Shown piece after piece: positions 51,601 to 55,823 of a stretch of DNA of 55,823 nt; the first letter of the stretch is position 1; the number at the start of each line of letters is the position of its first letter. Made by a program: the position numbers and the translations under genes. The stretch comes from Octopus bimaculoides (Eukaryota), in the NCBI RefSeq assembly GCF_001194135.2, contig NC_068990.1, forward strand, positions 81,478,373 to 81,534,195, given 5' to 3'. A model generated the notes under the pieces. That model worked only from the letters and a program-made list of their open reading frames with translations. It was not told where the DNA came from and ran no database searches.

Positions 51601-53316
51601 CCGCCTTTTCCCCATCTTGCTGTCACATCTGTAGTGTTTTACTCGATTAAGAGTGGGCAAGTTGAGAGAGTGTCTATATTTGCTCACAACTATAAAAGCA
51701 TAGAAAACAGTTAGTGAAATCATAGTACATGTTTCCAGGTCCTACTCAATGTGAATGGCATCTATGAATTACACACACAATGGTTTGCAAACTTGTTTTT
51801 GTTTAGAGTTTTGCTGCTTTTTTAAGTACTATATGAGTATTTTTCAGAGTATATATGCTGCATTAAACTGACTCTAACTTAGATATACAAAACGATGGGA
51901 GGGTCAGGAATGGAATGGTTTTGATTATTAATTCCCTCCATAATGGGTCTACACATTATGAACAACAACCTCCGGTGGCATGTTTCCTTTTTTTTTGTAT
52001 TTTTTAATGACTTCAGCTTCATTAACTGCAAGGATTGTTAGAGCTTTCTTTTGAGGGGAATTCTTTTGGTTAAAGGCCTTATTCATTCAGGATTGACTGA
52101 TGTGGTGCTCTCAACTTGTGTCTCCTTGTTTTTAGCAGTTCATCTTTGCTTGATCATGACTTATTCAAGTGTAGCTAAGATAATGCAAATTAATGTTATA
52201 TATTATGTATATTATTTACATTCAAGCACTTCTGTATACAATAATCATCATCATTGTTTTTATGTTTGCTCTTCTATGGGTTGGATGGGACATTCTAAGC
52301 AACTTTTTATAGCTGAATGCTTTCTCTGATATTAGTTTCATCTCGCAACATGCAATAATATGATATAGCTATCTTTAAAATCCAAGATATACATGGTTAT
52401 CAACATTTCTTAAAATAAAGCATTCCATGTGAAGTGACAGTTTGTGATTGAAATCTGGAAAAAAGTATGTCTACTGCATATTTTGATTCTGTATAACTCT
52501 TTAAATTTGGGTTTTTTGCATTTGTAGTCTTAATAATTAATGCTGTGTATCTCACAGGTTAGAATTGGGTAACTTAGATTATACTTCAAAATAAAATATA
52601 TTGATTAATTATCTTGATATATGACTACTTTTTGTATACTATATAATCTAAAGGTAATACTCCAGAATAATCTAACCTTTGCCATGATAACTAAAAGAAA
52701 GAAATATTATTACTAAATTATGTATCTGCATTGTTTTCTTTCCTTCTATCCAAACATCTATTTTATGTGAAAATACCATAATTTTCACATGATTTTTGTG
52801 TTTATTTCGTTTATTTTTTGTTTTATATATTTGTTTACTTATTTATTCATCATCCTCCGCATCATCATCATCATCATCATCATATTTTCGATGATTGCAG
52901 TAGAATTTATCCATCATCTATTTATTGAAGTAAATTAGTATTTATGTAGATTATACAAAAAACAAAGTGTAAATAATATTGAATATAAATGTGAAATTAA
53001 CTACATAAAATAATCTTACATGAAATCACTGATATATTGTTTAAAATAATTTTGAAATTTGCAATTTTATTATTGTGTAAATCTAATAAAATTTACAAAT
53101 CTTACATAAAATCATACCACATAGTTGTTCACATAACAGCTCAAAGAAAAAAATGGTTTTATTTAACCAGCAATTATTGTGTGTTTAAAACTAGGTTTCA
53201 ATTTAACTGCAAATTTTTAAGAAATAACTCTTCATTTTTTTTCCTGTATCTAAATAATGCTTCAAAATACAATTGAAATAAAAGATTATGTTGTTGTTAT
53301 TATCATTATTATTCAA

Positions 53317-53348
<32 letters not shown>

Positions 53349-53779
53349 AAAAATAATCCTTAATATCATTGAAGCAAGATCTCAAGAAATATTTCAATAA
53401 ATGATGTTTTCTGTATAAATAATGCTCTCATTAGATTTCAAAAATAATATTTGCAAAATAAAACTCTCAGTGCCTGAATATCTTTGCATATATTTGATAA
53501 TATTTATTGGTATTGTGGCCAAATATCATGTATTGGTGCTTTCAAAAGTATTTGACATATTCATTAGATTATAAATTATCATCTACAAGAAAGAAGGAAA
53601 AGATTTATTCTGATAATATTATGAATATACATAACATTGCATGATTCAAAAGGAACACACGTGTGTGCACAAACAATGAGAAACTCATATATACATTTAT
53701 ATTTGTGTATGCATGTGTGTGTGTGTGTGTGTGTGTATGTATATATATATATCATTATCATCATCATAATTGTTTTAAC

Positions 53780-54134
53780 ATTTTGCATGCTTGCATGGGT
53801 CAGATGAGTCTACATGGAGGGTAGAATTTCTTGTGGCCAGATGCACCTCCTGATGCCAAGATTTATCTGTTTCCAAGCAAGGTAATCATTCCTGACTCTA
53901 TCAAACAGCGAACATAGTTACATAGAGAACTAGAAAGAAACAACACATTTTAGATGGGCCTTTTGTTTACAGAGGTTGTCAAAGATGTCAAAACATATCA
54001 AGAAGCCTGATTGTACTTTCACAGAAGACTACAAGCAAATGGCACCAACTGTGCAGCTGTGGTTTACAGTCAATGAACATGTGGAGACAGGGGAAATACA
54101 AACTCACTCATACAAACACATACTTGTAAACACA

Positions 54135-54168
<34 letters not shown>

Positions 54169-54320
54169 ATGAGCTTCTTCAGGTTCTGTCTACCGAATTA
54201 TACTCACAAAGTATTGGTTGACCTGCAGTTCTCTAAAGGAGACCAGCTGATAGTAGACATACAGTCAGATTAAACCTCTAACCACAAAGCTCTGAAGCAA
54301 ACTTTTAACCCACATAACCC
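53780..54320 (-). mobile_element. Decayed composite of family C piece and family B 5' part
   Basis: GCCAGATGCACCTCCTGATGCCAAG...CCAAGCAAGGTAAT, then GAGCTTCTTCAGGTTCTGTCTACC...TACTCACAAAG. Mirrors 17470-17790. Confidence 0.6.
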
Positions 54321-55473
54321 AATTTCACTCACATAGTATGAACCAAACATGCTACAGGAAATTAGAAAATGATATCGGCCCAAGATGCCTAGCATTGGAA
54401 TGGACTCCAGAACCTTGTTGATGTGAATTGATCTTCACCATTTGACATTCTGCATTTATGAATATATGTACAACATATACATATGTGTATACATACATGC
54501 TTGTATATATATATATATATATATACACACAACCAGCAAATATTATCTGACACATGCATGTGTGAGAAAGTGGATGTTAAAATGATAATGATGTGTCTAT
54601 AATATATGTTATATATTTATAGATGCATGTGTGTACACACACATGCACGCGTGCACATACACACACACACACACACACACAATCACATACAGACAGTCAC
54701 GTACTTATCCCTAATAATTGATAGGTGTCTGCAAATTGCAGTATTTTTTTTCAACGTTTGCATTTTAATACATAGAATTTTGGTGTACAGACTAGACTTT
54801 TAGAGGCAATTCTTGTATATTGATAGGCATCTTCAATGAACAGATTTGATAAAAGCTACCAAGATTGCCATCAGACACTCTGTTTCTTTCTCGTCTGATG
54901 TTTAGAATCAAGTGTTTTCTTTAATGTATTCTCCCCGATTGTAGCTTTTGGGCTGTCTGTATTCCACACATTTCATACAGATTGAATGTAATCACCTTAA
55001 AGAATTTGTTAGCATATTTTTGTTATAATCAGCAGTTTTGATGTTAGCTAAAACAAACATAGTTCAATATTTTAAAATACAAAATATTTATATTTAGTAA
55101 TTAAGATATATTCAAATTAAAAGTCATTTGTTTGTATATTCTTTTAGTCATTTTCTATATACTTTCAGCATTTGTTGCTAAATTCTTTGATCAGCAACTA
55201 ATACAATTCTTACTGTAATAATTATTGCTGTAAATTGAAATATCTGCTTCCAAAAATTGCATTTTATACATTTTGCTGCATATGATGGCTACTGAGGTAG
55301 ATGTTATTCATTGTTAGTTTCCCTTTTATTAGAAACAAGTATTTACTACAAGAAAATAAAATATAATAAAGAAGAGAGAGGTTTGGAAATAGCTAGACGA
55401 ATTGTGTACCCGAGCACTATACTACAAACTCATTGTCATCATCATCATCATCATCATCATCACCACCATCATC

Positions 55474-55505
<32 letters not shown>

Positions 55506-55528
55506 CATCATCATTATTATTATTATTA

Positions 55529-55731
55529 AGGTTGCAAGCTGGCCAAATTGTTGGTATAGCAGACAGAGTGCTTAGTGGCATTTTGTCCGTTGTTATGTTC
55601 TGAGTTCAAATTCTGCTGAGATTGACTTTGCCTTTCATCCTTTTGGGGTTGATAAAATAAGTACCAGTTATGCACTGGGGCTGATGTAATCAACTATACG
55701 CCCACCCCAAAATTTCTGGCCTTTAGTAGAA

Positions 55732-55735
<4 letters not shown>
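55529..55735 (+). mobile_element. Family A SINE between (CAT)n(ATT)n and (ATT)n
   Basis: AAGGTTGCAAGCTGGCC head, GAGTTCAAATTC B box, GACTTTGCCTTTCATCCTTTTGGGGTTGAT core. Confidence 0.9.
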
Positions 55736-55802
<67 letters not shown>

Positions 55803-55823
55803 CATCATTATTATTATTTTGTG

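Overview
Eukaryotic, AT-rich, non-coding window with six assembly gaps and a very heavy load of microsatellites and short retroposons. The repeat families resemble, from memory and without a database search, those of octopod cephalopods (Octopus-like). I found no protein-coding exon I can name, no intact tRNA or rRNA gene and no CRISPR array. Almost every ORF in the supplied track is a translation of (TA)n, (CA)n, (GA)n or (ATT)n tracts, SINEs or N-runs. Supported content: (1) at least six short retroposon families, labelled A-F here, several stacked inside (ATT)n/(AAT)n tracts; (2) a young SINE nested in an older one with an exact 13-bp target-site duplication; (3) a decayed Tigger/pogo transposase fossil at about 36.3-36.9 kb; (4) a probable TTAA piggyBac-type MITE; (5) several minisatellites; (6) a CpG-retaining domain at about 5-12.8 kb between CpG-depleted flanks, suggesting a promoter or regulatory region next to methylated gene-body (intronic) DNA. 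A few pseudo-exon-level candidates are listed at low confidence. I did not find convincing evidence of a novel biological system. The most interesting signals are the strand-polarised, microsatellite-associated retroposon stacks and the CpG domain structure.
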